From positions 111,724,001 to 111,788,000 of the forward strand of contig OX597815.1 of the NCBI GenBank assembly GCA_951406725.2: a DNA stretch of 64,000 nt, read 5' to 3'. The translations under genes and the position numbers were made by a program. Origin of the DNA: Octopus vulgaris (Eukaryota). Shown here piece after piece: positions 28,028 through 41,218 of the stretch (positions within the stretch are counted from its first letter, which is position 1; each line of letters begins with the position of its first letter). The notes beneath the pieces were generated by a model. That model saw only the letters and a list, made by a program, of their open reading frames with translations. It was not told where the DNA came from and did not search any database.

Positions 28028-28155
28028 TATATGACCTAAGTTGGACACCTCATTCGTATAATCAACGAACCTGGAACTTAGCTATAATCTGTCCATCACA
28101 CTTACTCAGCATTACCTGGCACCTTTAGGTCTTTTTGACACCATTATCTCTCATA

Positions 28156-28208
<53 letters not shown>

Positions 28209-28239
28209 GTTAATTTACGTGTCTAAGTGCGCGCGCGAC

Positions 28240-28445
28240 TGTGTCACTCTTTTTCCCCACCTCCACTTGACAACTGTTGTTGTTGTGCTAACTCCGTGTA
28301 ACTTAGCGGCTCGGCAAAAGGTCCAATAATATAAGTAACAGTCTTGAGGAAAAGAAAAAAAAAGTACTGATGTAGTCCCATCTGTCTAAAAATTTATGCA
28401 AGTCGGTGCTCCAGCATGGCCGCAGTCTACTGAATGAAACAAAAA
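28240..28445 (+). mobile_element. SINE 3' half (family of 49125-49505)
   Basis: gtaacttagcggctcggcaaaag...ctccagcatggccgcagtc...tgaaac. Confidence 0.7.
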
Positions 28446-29415
28446 AAAAAGACCATTATTCCAATATTTTCGAATATCATGTGAGTTTGACTAAAAGTAA
28501 TAGGAAACCGATCAAATTGGAGTGATTATATCTAGTGAGGTCTTCAGTTAGCTCTGCTCATTTTATCGTCTTCAAATAAGTTATTGTGATAGTTAAGCAT
28601 CTATGTTCATGGAAATAAGAAAAATAGCGTTTAATTTAACCTCGCATATTTTACATCTAACGAAGTGTGTGTAAATTAAATTATCATGAACTACACGTGC
28701 ATCACAAATCTTATCAAATTAACTTGTCGAAATTTCTCTCCAAACGATCACCATAAGGAATATTGTGAGTATACTTTGAATATGTAAGTTTGCAGCATAA
28801 ACACTTATAAGAGATACACATCAAAAGTGACGTATTGAGTGCGAAGTGTCACCGCTAATACTAATTGGAAGAGATTGTAACGATACAGTAATCTAATTCC
28901 CCATCTATAGGATTGTCACCTAACTCACACTTCAGGCATTTCCTATCCAGAAAAAGAGAAAGAATACGTGCGAAACTATCACATATGTCGTATATAAAGC
29001 AGCGAAACCAGCCCAGCTTTCCATACAGACCCTGAATAGGATGTCCGTCAATTACATACTGAAAGGTAAAGCTAAAGAAATCAATTTCAGCTGATATTTT
29101 CCTTACGCTATTTCGGATTAGAAAAGAGACGTAATATTCCGAAAGATTGCTATTGTGAAATTAAACATAGACCATGCATGAAACTGTTGGTCATATGTAT
29201 TGTGAGAAATGACTATCTGTTTCTGGCCAGCCACGTGTAAACTTCCTATTAATGCAGCTTGATATGCCCTGCAGTGATGCACAGCAGTTGTGCTACATCC
29301 TTGAATACCTGTGCATTTGAGTGTGTGTGCGTGTGTAAGGGTGAACTTGCCTATGTATATTCAGTGTATATTCAGTTAAGTTGAACCTGTGAATATATAT
29401 GTGTATTATATGTAC

Positions 29416-29500
<85 letters not shown>

Positions 29501-29789
29501 TATATATATATGTATATGTATGTATATATGTATGTATGTATGCGTGTAATGGACTCTCCCATTGAACACGACGTATGACCTGCACAATTGATTTGTTTAT
29601 AATACTAAATTGTTTATACCATGCATCTCTCTCTCTCTCTATTAAATCGACGTTGTCTGAACAGGTGCACGGTGTACCATGCGTCAGGTGTCGAAGTGAT
29701 CGCAGAGCAACGCACCACCCGGTCTAGGAGTTGAAATCGTGAGTGCAATACGTTAACCACTAGACCATGTGTCATCAAAAAATAGAAGA

Positions 29790-29834
<45 letters not shown>

Positions 29835-30014
29835 GTATATGAGTATATATATGCACATTACTTAATCATCGGTATATTATTTTTTATCTTATATTTAATA
29901 TTTAATATTTCTTATATATATCTTAAATTTAATATTTCTATTATATGTAATTTTCTAGATGGTGTAATTTAATTTTTCATTTTGAATTGATAAAAGGTGG
30001 GTTGTTTCTAATTT

Positions 30015-30062
<48 letters not shown>

Positions 30063-30277
30063 GAAAATGATCAAAGCGGCTTTATTAATTATCACAACAA
30101 TTGTTTCAACGCACTATTCCCAGGTGTTCATTAGTAATATTACATATATCATAAACAATACGTTAATATCACTTAGTAATAGTAACATATGCAGCTCCGC
30201 TTGATATTCAGAATTATGCACACGGAAGTTTGCTTAACGCTGATTTTAAGATGACAGCATGATATTAGAGACTACAC

Positions 30278-30854
30278 CTGATTCATTAAAAAAATCTGCA
30301 GTTCTAGTGAATGTAGCTCTATCCACCCATGGTGTGACAATTTTCCCCTCTTTGGAAATCAGCAAATGCATACATTTTAACTTATTTAAATATACATATC
30401 TGTGAAAAAGTATCTGCATCGTGAACTATCACGAAGTATAAGTTATACGTAATGCATATGAATATATATGATTATAAAAATCTTCCGTTTGCCATATCTC
30501 CAATGAGAAAAATAATTATTTGGTGAAGTTTTCACTGTTTCGTCTAAAGCCTGTCCATGCATCACTACTTTTATCCAGCTGCTCATGTATGTTTGCATAC
30601 AAAAACTGAACTGAAAACAACTAACGTTTGAAGCAAATTTCTTTCTTTACAACCATTTAAAACTCTATATTCACGTTCACTGTAACTGATCTATTAGCAA
30701 TTGCAAATAGCGATTAATGTCGTCAGTGTACATAAACCACCTTTGCAATATATTCCATTTGAGTCATCATCACCATCTTCCTGGTATGATCATTTTTTGT
30801 AGTGGACGTTATAAAAATCCTTAGCACATTTACTTCCTTTTCAATACATTTCAT
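30278..30854 (-). pseudogene. Possible decayed three-exon C-type lectin-like domain
   Basis: Three polypyrimidine-AG acceptors (30855, 30606, 30400) open DEMY*KGSKC..KK*SY..YCKGGL / FLYANI..DAWTGFRR..(frameshift)NYFSHWRYGK / KCMHL..PWVD..ADFFNES|GT. Stops and lost cysteines are present; no search was run. Confidence 0.35.
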
Positions 30855-32889
30855 CTAAGAGAAATTATTCATATGAAATCGAATTGATAAAGAAGACAAA
30901 TAATATTAATAAGGTATATAATACAAATAGAAGGAATATACAAATTGGTGTGGAATTAAGTGATGATGAATTAGAAATGGCAAATTTATAAAATCTTGAG
31001 GCAGCTGATATTTGAACGATAATTCTGAACTTAGTAGAGTGCCAACAGCCAAAATGTAATCAGTTCAATTCACTAGATTATTTGTATGAACTTTAACATT
31101 GATAGTAGAGAGAAAATTAGTATAACATATGCGGTCAAATTTGTACGTCGTAACACATGAAAAAAATATAACAACACTATCTCCGTAAGATTAGAGTGAG
31201 TAGTAAAACGTTGAACATGGAAAATAGAAATATCGAATATATTACGAATATATGTATCGCTGTTTTGGTAGCAGATGGGACAACTTAACGTCTCATGCCT
31301 TCCAGACATAAGCAATTTGTGTGTGGTTTCTAAAATACATTAGATCATTTTTTTTTTATGAACAAGACTACGAATACAGAAATAACTGATGTTACAGTAA
31401 AGCAAAAAGAACTTAATTACCAAACGTACTTGTTCTTGCTTTATTCTCCTTCTTGTCTATTGACTCTAGTTGCTCCAACTTACTAGAACAACTTCTTAAA
31501 CCTTTTTGTACAGATTTTCCTATAACTTGCAAGTCAATAAAACATTTTATATAGATTTTCCTATATCTTGCTAGTCAACCCACACTATATTTCCCTTTCA
31601 ACAAATGTTCTAGAGGGGTTAACACTTAAATTTTAATGCCAATCTACAATCGAGGAATATTGGACTGGATTTTGCATGGAATCGATTAGATCATAACTTA
31701 CATCAAGCAAAATCACTATATGAAGTCTGCACAAGGAATTCATGAAATCAAGAACGATGCATATAAGTAGGCAAATTTATATGCGTACGGAGTGCAAAAG
31801 TATTAAAAACCTGATCAAGCATTTCTAATTGTATTACCATTACTGACTGGATTTCCCAAATATGAGAATGCGAACAAGCAACAATCATAGTAGGTCATCC
31901 AGCTTTTGCAGTGTCGTGTGTAGATTCGGCACAGTATAAGAGTAGAAGTACGTACAGAAATGCTTTGATACAGGTAGCACAGAATCAGCCAGCTAGTGAA
32001 AGATATGTTACACATTTAACATTTATATTCCGCTCAAAGATTTGTGTTTTTAAAAGATACATATTTCCTCCTGCATAATGTATATTTTGCATTTGTGATC
32101 ATATACAAATGGTGCTACAACAATAAATATTTGCAAACGGAATGGGACTAGGAAGGTTACAGTTAACTTAGCTTTGAATAGGTACTGCAGAATATAAAAC
32201 TCTGTAGAACCGATCAGTGTTATCTTATTTTATAATACCTTCAAAGCCTAGCGGGAGAAATTACTACGGAAATTGAGTTCATACTACTATGCATGCATTT
32301 GAAAGAATTATGTACATGATAGCTCCGTCTGCTAGAAATATCAACCAAATATTCTGCAAATGAAGCCTTTATTCGTAGAAACTTTTAAAGAAGTGATGTT
32401 TACGATAAGAATGCATTTCATTCTAATTCTACTCAAGTGACGTGACTGACTTGGGGATAAACAAAACAATAACTGAAACAAAACCACAAAACTCGTTAAC
32501 AAAGCGAGCCAGATATTGTTACAACTGTGGATGATATTAAGAAGATGGCAAAAGTAACATATTGAAAGCGATAAAAGCTGTAAATTAGTATTAAGCGATA
32601 ATAACAGAAAGCACTTCGTCATTGACGCCATCCTCAACTATAGAAATACTAAGAACAAAGTTAGTCGTGATAATCATATTAATGGTTAAAATCGAAATAC
32701 TTGCCGCCATACAAACACTGGATATTAGTTGCAAACAGAAAACCAGCATCATCAACACCACCACCATTATAACTATCATTATAACCATCATAATCATCAT
32801 CATCACCAATACCTTCACCATTTTTATTGTCATCGTCATTGCTCTATTGTTATTCTTGCTGTTGCTACTGTTGTTATCATAGTTGATGC

Positions 32890-32924
<35 letters not shown>

Positions 32925-33003
32925 GAAGAAGAAGAAGAAGAAGAAGAAATATAATAATAATGATAATAACATCAACAACAATAATAATAGCAATATTAAT
33001 AAT

Positions 33004-33036
<33 letters not shown>

Positions 33037-33075
33037 TATTATTATTATTATTATTATTATTATTTTTACTATTAC

Positions 33076-33140
<65 letters not shown>
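32890..33140. repeat. (TAA)n switching to (TTA)n at ~33036 (head-to-head microsatellite)
   Basis: Direct reading. Confidence 0.9.
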
Positions 33141-33142
<2 letters not shown>

Positions 33143-33590
33143 TATTTTAACACCTCTTATTTTTCGAGCACCTTCCGGAGTATTCGAGTCGTTCCAAGCA
33201 GTGCTGTTTTCTACAAGTACTCCACCCTTATTGCAGCCCCTATTTATTCCACGTAATTCTCGAGATTTTTGCTCACTGTTCCCAAGGCTCCGACAATTAT
33301 TTGTACTACTGCTACCTTTTTCCTCGACCACAACTGCTTAACTTCGCAAGCTATCCTGTCATACCACTCGACATTTCTTTCTTCCTTATCGCATAGCTTG
33401 TTGTCAGCTGGGCATGCTATATCTATGATCCAGCATAGATTGTTTTCTTTCTCAATTAAGACAATGTCCGACTTCCTATTCTCAATCTCATGGTCGCACT
33501 GTATCATATATTTTAGGTTCCACTTGTCTTTATTCCCGATGTTTTTGGATGGATTTCGGAGCTGTGTTTTATCGCTCTCACGTGTTAAAC
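33140..33590 (-). mobile_element. R4/Dong RLE 3' fragment
   Basis: ORF 33244-33507 has IQCDHEIENRKSDIVLIEK..WIIDIACPAD..IIVGALGTVSKNL. (TTA)n on both sides. Confidence 0.9.
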
Positions 33591-33613
33591 GTCCCCCGGT
33601 GTTCTCCCATTAA

Positions 33614-33674
<61 letters not shown>

Positions 33675-33677
33675 GTT

Positions 33678-33716
<39 letters not shown>

Positions 33717-33729
33717 ATTATTATTATTG

Positions 33730-34043
33730 TCTTGCATAGCTTCTAACGCTGGAGATGTACTACGGTACCAACTGTTCATTACCAGTGAACTAAGATAACA
33801 CCCCTTTTTTTTCGAGCACCATCCGGAGTATTCCAGTTGTTCGAAGCAGTGCTGTTTTCTGCAAGTGCTCCACTGTTATTGCAGCCCCTACTTCTTCCAT
33901 GTACTTCTCAAGATTTTTACTCACTGTTCCCAGGGATCAGAAAATTACTGGTACTTCTAGCACCTTTTTCATCGACCACAACTGCTTAACCACCCACGCT
34001 AACCTTTCGTATCTATCGACTTTTCTTCCTTCATTATTGCATA
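33730..34043 (-). mobile_element. R4/Dong RLE 3' fragment, second copy of the same family
   Basis: 33810-34043 aligns by eye to 33160-33393. Confidence 0.85.
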
Positions 34044-34044
34044 C

Positions 34045-36910
34045 CTCGACCAGTCAAAAATGCGAAGATTTTGCCTGTAAACAGTAAATTTGTTCCTTTC
34101 CCGAAAGTAAAGGTTTTTCAGATGTCTACAAAAACCCCAGAAGTCACTCACTTTCTATCACCCACCTCTGAAAATGGATTACCCTTAGAAAGACGACTAA
34201 AAATTATAACTTCTCACATGAACATTCAGAACAAAATTTATCACCCAATAGGTTCCGTGTTTTAAGTGAAGATTTCGAGCAAAGCCCAAAAAGTAGTCAG
34301 GAATTTAATGAGAGTAAGACTGATAACGAATTGCCTGTGACAATCCATCACACTAGAGAATAAGTCGGTCGACAACATCTCAGTCTTGGAGATTGGAATG
34401 AGTTTCTGCCCAACCACTAAGAATTTCGACAAGAATAAACTAGCTCAAGGTCTAGTCCGCCGTCACAAGCTGAAGGAACATTTTTTTTGAAAAAGCTGGT
34501 AATGAGGACTCAGAAAACCTCATGGTAACTGAAAATAAAATGATGATGATCAAATCTGGCATAAAATAGGATTGAAAAGAATCCCAATTGGTATCTAGAT
34601 AAAGTTCGGAACGGACGTTTACAAGCACTACTGGAATTTCCAGCATCTTGTCAGGCAGGCATTTGAGAAAGCCCTAAAACAAGTGAAAAGAAGTCTTGGA
34701 ATAACCTCACAAATTTCCATCGTTACACACTCTGATGTCTAGCTAATAACGATTCTATTGTAGTTAAAATGGCGGGTAAGGAAGGCGCTATCGTTATTAT
34801 GGACAAAAGTGAGTATATTTCGGCTTGTGAAGAAGTTTTAAATAACAAAACTTCATATAAAGAATTACTTGTAGATCCAAACCCCAATTAGAGGGGAACG
34901 TGACAAAATAATTCTGGAAATGGAGGAAAATAATTTCATTCATACGGCTGAATCCAGGATTTTACGGTCAGAAAGAACCCTTGTATTTTATGGGTTTCCT
35001 AAAATACACAAAATGTTAGAAATATTTCCTGCAATGCGTTCAATTTGCAGCGGATATGAATGTTGTACGGCTAACATTTCGGAATAGCGGGATGGCCTTC
35101 TACTCTCCGTCGCAAAAATATCAAGTTCCTATATTCGGGATACTTCTGATTTTCTGTCTAAAGTTCACAACCTTTTTAAGCATCGAGGTCCTATCAAGAA
35201 CTGTTTTTTGGTAACCATAGATGTTTCTTCCTTATATCCCAATATTGACCACGATGAAGGGGTAGGAGCATGCATGGATGCCTTCGAAAAGCGGTCAAAC
35301 GAAAGTATTCTATTAAATTTTCTCTGTAGATTATTCAGGTTTGAGTTAAAAAGTAACACAATCAAGTTTAGACAAATATTTTACCACCAGACGAAGGGTT
35401 GCGCCATGGGTAAACTCATGGCCGTCAATTTCACTAATGTCTTCATGACGACATTCGAGACACAGTTACTGAAGACATTCAAATCTCTTCATGGCCATGA
35501 ACCACTTCTCTGGTTACGATTCATTGATGACGTATTTTTCGTCAGAGAAGGATCACGGGATAGATTAATGGACTTCTTGCATTTCGGTGACTGTTATTCT
35601 AAAAAATATGGCTTTAAATCCAACATAAAATTTACGTCTAGTTTTTCAAAAACTAGCGTTGGATTTTGGACACAAAAGTTAAGTTTTCTGGAGCAAGAAT
35701 AGTGACAGAGTTATTTTGCAAGCCCATGTCATCCCACATTTATCTCTACCACCGCTCCGACCATCCACATCATATTATTCAGTCAAATTCGAAATGCCAA
35801 TATTTTTGGGATAAAACTGATTTGTGCTCACATAGGGAATTACTGGAAACGTTTAAATGCTTGAAAAAGCTAAGATAGCAAATGAAATAGCAAAGACAGT
35901 CAAACCTTCACGCATAATTTTAGCAAACACAATACAATAGATGACAGAATTCCTTTAGTGATTAACTGGCACCGAAATTTCGCTGGCATTTCAAACGTGT
36001 TGCATGAAAGTTACCAGCATGTAACGAAAAAATAACCTCGTTTCAAACAGATATTTCCTCAGCCGCCTATTGTACCCTTTAGACAGAATAAGAATATAAG
36101 AGAATTATTGACCTCTATTTCTAACTCCAAGAAAATTAACATTGGATTATCCTGCACGCTGTACCTTGAAAAACAGCCGCAAGAGAGGTAAGCCCTGTTC
36201 ATCGTGCAACAACATGAGTCAAGTGAATTCCATCAGGAATCATAACGGAAATGTTATGATTTATACAGAAAATGGGACATGTAGAGATTTCAATGCACGA
36301 AATACTACTCGATTTATGTTGGTTGTACAACAGAACAATTAAACAAAAGGTTTAGTGGGCACAAATTCGACGTAATGCACAATAACAATAGTTCGACAAA
36401 ACTTTCCGAACATTTCGTATCAAACGGCTGCAATTTTGAAAAAGGCTTGAACGTGTATATTCTCAGATACTATTCTGAATCTGTTTCACTTTCACTTCTT
36501 AGAATGCATGAGGAGAAATATGTTTGCGTCTTATCAACAGCACGCCCTGAAGGAAGGAATAAAATGACAGGAAAATATCATCAAATTTATACAAAACTGT
36601 TTGATTAAATAGTCTTCTTTTACCTTTTCTTGTTTCTTTCCTCTTTTATTTCTGTCTTTTGCGCTTTCTTTTCGCCTGTTATAAAATTGAAACTTAAAGA
36701 CTGATGTAATTCCATCAACCTGTTGATGCTGGTTGCTCTCGTCCTTACTTTGAATTTAAGTTTCTATAATTCTGAATTTTCATCAACTCTTATTTTGAAC
36801 TTGACTTAATGTAGAAATATCGTTCAACCAATAAAATATCTATTACAATCGAAACACGCTCTTCGTCTTGACTGTTTATCTTTGTGAGGAGTTACGTCAA
36901 TCCTTTTTAA
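34045..36910 (+). mobile_element. Penelope-like retroelement, most of the ORF present but decayed
   Basis: FYGFPKIHK, VTIDVSSLYPNI, KGCAMG, WLRFIDDVF, KP..SHIYLYHRSDHP. GIY-YIG remnant IYVGCTTEQLNKRFSGH near 36312-36365. A hammerhead remnant lies at 36795-36827. Confidence 0.9.
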
Positions 36911-37006
36911 GATATTATTATTATCATTACTATTATTATTATTAATTGTGTTGTTGTTGCTGTTTTTGTTATTGTTATTACTATTATCATTATTATTATT
37001 GCCATT

Positions 37007-37562
37007 GAGTGAAAGAGCAATGCATGCCATCAAATTGACACTGGGGTAAAATATACAAAGTCCTATATGCCCATCGTAACTACCTGTCTGATAAAGGTAC
37101 ACCAAGCACATGCACCAAACCATATGTGCGTGACATTGTAATGTCATATCAAGATTAACAGCGCATGACCTTTGAGATGGGGCCCAATTAGATTTTTGTT
37201 CAGGTCGAGTAGCCATCCCTACTCAAAAGATCGCCGAATAAAGATTTTTAAGGATGTTGAACGAAACACGCATGTTTCCGAAGGTGAATTATCCAAACCC
37301 CAAAGTATCCCTCTCAACACATGGCTATGATGCTACCCCACTAATTCTGCTCCTGATCAGAGTTGCACGTATCGTCAGCCACTAAGGGATATGCTCAAAT
37401 GGTTCAGGTCAAGCAACTGACAAGCAAATCTGTGGTATTGAACAGAATATTCGCAGTTAGCCCATCTTTTATACCAACACAAAGCAATGTACATGATAAC
37501 ACCTCCAATCAGTTAAGATAAGAAGCCATGAGAGCCACTGCCTGTTACTGCATCAGGGCATT
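37007..37562. mobile_element. TAA-embedded element, copy 4
   Basis: Matches 8060-8616. Followed by (TTC)n(TTA)n. Confidence 0.9.
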
Positions 37563-37636
37563 TCTTCTTCTTCTTCTTCTTCTTCTTCTTCTTCTTCTTC
37601 TTCTTCTTCTTCTTCTTCTTCTTCTTCGTATTATTA

Positions 37637-37709
<73 letters not shown>

Positions 37710-37713
37710 GATA

Positions 37714-38153
37714 CAGTGTAAGGGAGCAACAGTCACTATCAAAGTCACGCGGGTGTACAAATATGCAAAGCTCAATATTCCCATTATCACTGCCCATCTG
37801 ATAAGGATACACCAGGCAAATGCATAACAACAATACGTGCGTGGAATAGTGACCTGCTAATCAAGACAAACAGTGCATGACCTTGGACGTGGGCCCAGTT
37901 AGAGTTTCCTTCGTGTCGAGTAGCACATCCCGCTCCAAAGGTCTTTGAATACGTATTATTTATGGATGATGAAGGAAACACCTTTGGTTATTATGCTCCG
38001 CCACTATTTCTGCTCGTGATATGAGATGTATATACTGTTAGCTATATGCTCAAGTGGTTAAGGTCAAGCAACTGGCAAGCAGCTCTGTGGTATTGAGGAG
38101 AATATTTGCAGTAGCCCATTTTTTACACCAAGGCAAAACAATGTACATGATAA
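37714..38153. mobile_element. TAA-embedded element, older deleted copy 5
   Basis: Diverged match to copy 4, separated from it only by microsatellite. Confidence 0.8.
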
Positions 38154-38474
38154 CGTTAGTGTCTCCCTTTGCCCCTACAGACAAAGAACAACCGGATTTC
38201 ATTGAGCATTTAGAAAATAGAATGAGAGCAGCAGTTTCTTAATAATGATAGGCAATTGAAATTGAATGAGGTTTGTGTACAGCAGCATCGAAACATGCAG
38301 AGATAATTCAAATTGTCGGGTAGACATAAGATAAACACAATGGATCATCCACATCGTGTCTAATTAAAATATTTGTTAGGTTACCTGATAAAAATTCTAC
38401 AAGGTGTTCACTATTTGAAATTACGTAGAAACCATGCATTTAGACTGTGAACGGGTAGAATCATTTAAGCGTCG

Positions 38475-38960
38475 GATTCCGCCGAGGTCGACTTTGCCTT
38501 TCATCCTTTCGGGGTCGATTAAATAAGTACCAGTTACGCACTGGGGTCAATGTAATCCCTTTGTCTGTCCTTGTTTGTCCCCTCTATGTTTAGCCCTTTG
38601 TGGGCAATAAAAAAATAAGAATCATTTAAGCGTCGGAAAAAATATTTATGATAATTTTTCCAGTTGCTTATGCTCCGAGTTCAAATCCCGAACATGTCAA
38701 CTTTGCCTTTCATATAGCCAGCTCCGATCAAATTAAGGACCAATCTTGTACTTAGATTGATGTAATCGATTAATCTCTTTCACGTCCAAACTACTGGCTT
38801 TGTGACTAAATTAGAAATTATTGTTACAATGCATGCGGTGAACTGAAAAGATCTGTCGAGCACTGAAAACTGCTGGCATATTTGTGTCGGTTCTTTACCT
38901 TCTGAGTTTGAATGCCTCCGACGTCAATAGTGCTTTTCATACCTCCGGGTTCTATCATTT
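38475..38960 (+). mobile_element. Cluster of three tRNA-SINE fragments
   Basis: Repeated gtcgactttgcctttcat / gagttcaaat motifs. The first is flanked by a direct repeat agaatcatttaagcgtcgga (38458-38477, 38618-38637). Confidence 0.8.
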
Positions 38961-40698
38961 GTGCCGTTTCTACCGAATTTCAATGTTTCTGCATATATTT
39001 GAAGCTATTAATATTTCATAGGTATAAACATAGCGGTCTCTACCACCATTATCAGCTTCACTGGCAGCTGCTGCTTGCATACAAGATTTAACTGTAAATC
39101 TATAATCTACAATCTCAGAATTAACTCCATCAGAATGATAAAAAGAAATGCTACTATTAAACAACAACTACAATGACAAGGTAGCAAATTATCCTGTATA
39201 ATCTATAATAGCTTATACAGTACTATCTGCCACAGAAATGCTAACAACGTAACCTAGAATAGCAAGATTTAAAAGGAAAACGTTCGAAGAAAATGAAAAT
39301 ATATATAACATGTAAGGAGGAAATTAAAATCTAAGTAAATAATACAGGTTTATCACGAGAATGCAAAGAAAAAATTATGCTTTATGTATTATCTGAATGG
39401 GAAGTAATTTATTCAATATTTTATTGATATTTTCTATCTATATCCGGGTAATCTATCAGCAGTTATTAAGGAATGTATTAATATCTACATGATGAGTTTA
39501 TTCCAGTGGAATTGCAATAATGTATATTATTATTTGAGAAAGCAAATCGCAAAATGCACTGAGTTGACTCAGTTCATTGAAATATCTGACACCGAACACA
39601 TGCGAGAATGATGCAGTAGTTCTAAAGATGGTTACTAAAGGGTTATTCCACCATCATATTTCTTTACTAGTGAAGAATTATTGGTATTCGCCTCTATATT
39701 ACAACTGGAAGTGATTAATCAAATGACTGTTTAGTTTGAGGAGATAAAACCTGATATATAAATAAAGAGAAATAGATATTTTGTTTCTTTATAAATCGAT
39801 ATGCTGCTAATAGTCATTTTGCATTGACAGAGATGAATTGACCGCTTTCTCTTTTCGTATATTCCTCATAGTGACTTAATATTAACGCATCCTGTTAAGC
39901 TCGGACAACTCCCATGGTCATATATATTCGAGATAATCTACAGCAAAACTTACCAAATTAGTTTCGTTGCACATGGGAACTTTCATCCACAATATATATG
40001 CCAACTATTCCTCACGAAACTCTTATAAAAGCAAAACAATTTCATATATAATTTCTCTATGCTCAAAATTGCGACGATAAATCTTTTTCTTTTTTTTTTT
40101 CATTTTTGTCTCTGAGATGCAATTGACCTTTTACTATGAAGAACATGTTTATATATTACACTATAGCTAACGTGGCAGTAAATATCACCTATGCTGCCAC
40201 CGCGCTGACAATAATACAGACACCAATGCAATAAATGTCGAATATAGATATGCGTAACTAGATGTTCGAAAACAAAACTGCACATGATTGTCTTTTGAAG
40301 AGTGATAAATGAGAAGATATTTAGAGAAGGTTATGAGACAAGAAGTAGTGTGAACATGACTCGAAATGAAACAATAGACACAAGCAGGACTAGAATAGAG
40401 GTTAACTGGGGTTGTCTATTTCATGGTTTCAGGGATACTTCTCAAACATTACTATAAGGTGTATAGGAACTGGTAGAAACTGAAGAATTTAAGAGTAAGA
40501 AAAGAGTTAGTTTTTCTCTCATAGAAAGAAACTGTAATTATTTTGTAACGTCGTTTCCTATAATGTAGATTGTGTATATTTTGTCAATGTGTAGTGTTTA
40601 TTCAAAACTGCTTTTTAACAATTACACATTCGGGTAAATACATCCCGAAAGGAAAAAAGAAACTTTTTTGAACTTCACAAATTATATATATATATAAG

Positions 40699-40750
<52 letters not shown>

Positions 40751-41218
40751 ATCATCAAATATTTAATAGCCATGTACAAATTATTGTGAAATTGTGAATT
40801 CTGAATTGCATTGCACATCAATTTGCACTCTCATCAGTTTTGCGCCCAAAAAAACTTATTGATGGGCCTGTAAACACGCATCAGAGGTTTTATGCAACAA
40901 TGCAGAAATATACTTCATATGTATGGTCAAAATGTTTTCAAGAAGACAGACAGTGTATCCGATGTACTGGTGTTTCAACTAATTGAAATAAGTTCTATAT
41001 TCCAATATAGAATATTATTCTCAAGCAATTTATTGGGGAAAAAATTACTGAAAAAAATATTGACGGTGAGATTAAAAGTATACATAGATCATCAGAATTA
41101 CGAATTGAGTACATATGAGGCTGCTATACTTTGATACTTTGATACTTTGATAGGTTTCGGCCATTATTGGCCCAGGCCATGTCTAACTTAATAGCACCAC
41201 CTGGTGAAGTCTTTCAAG

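Noticed and set aside
31815-32015. Cys/Trp-rich ORFs here and at 40100-40285 as lectin exons
   Set aside because: Motif spacing is inconsistent and there are no matching splice sites. Such matches are expected by chance in AT-rich DNA.
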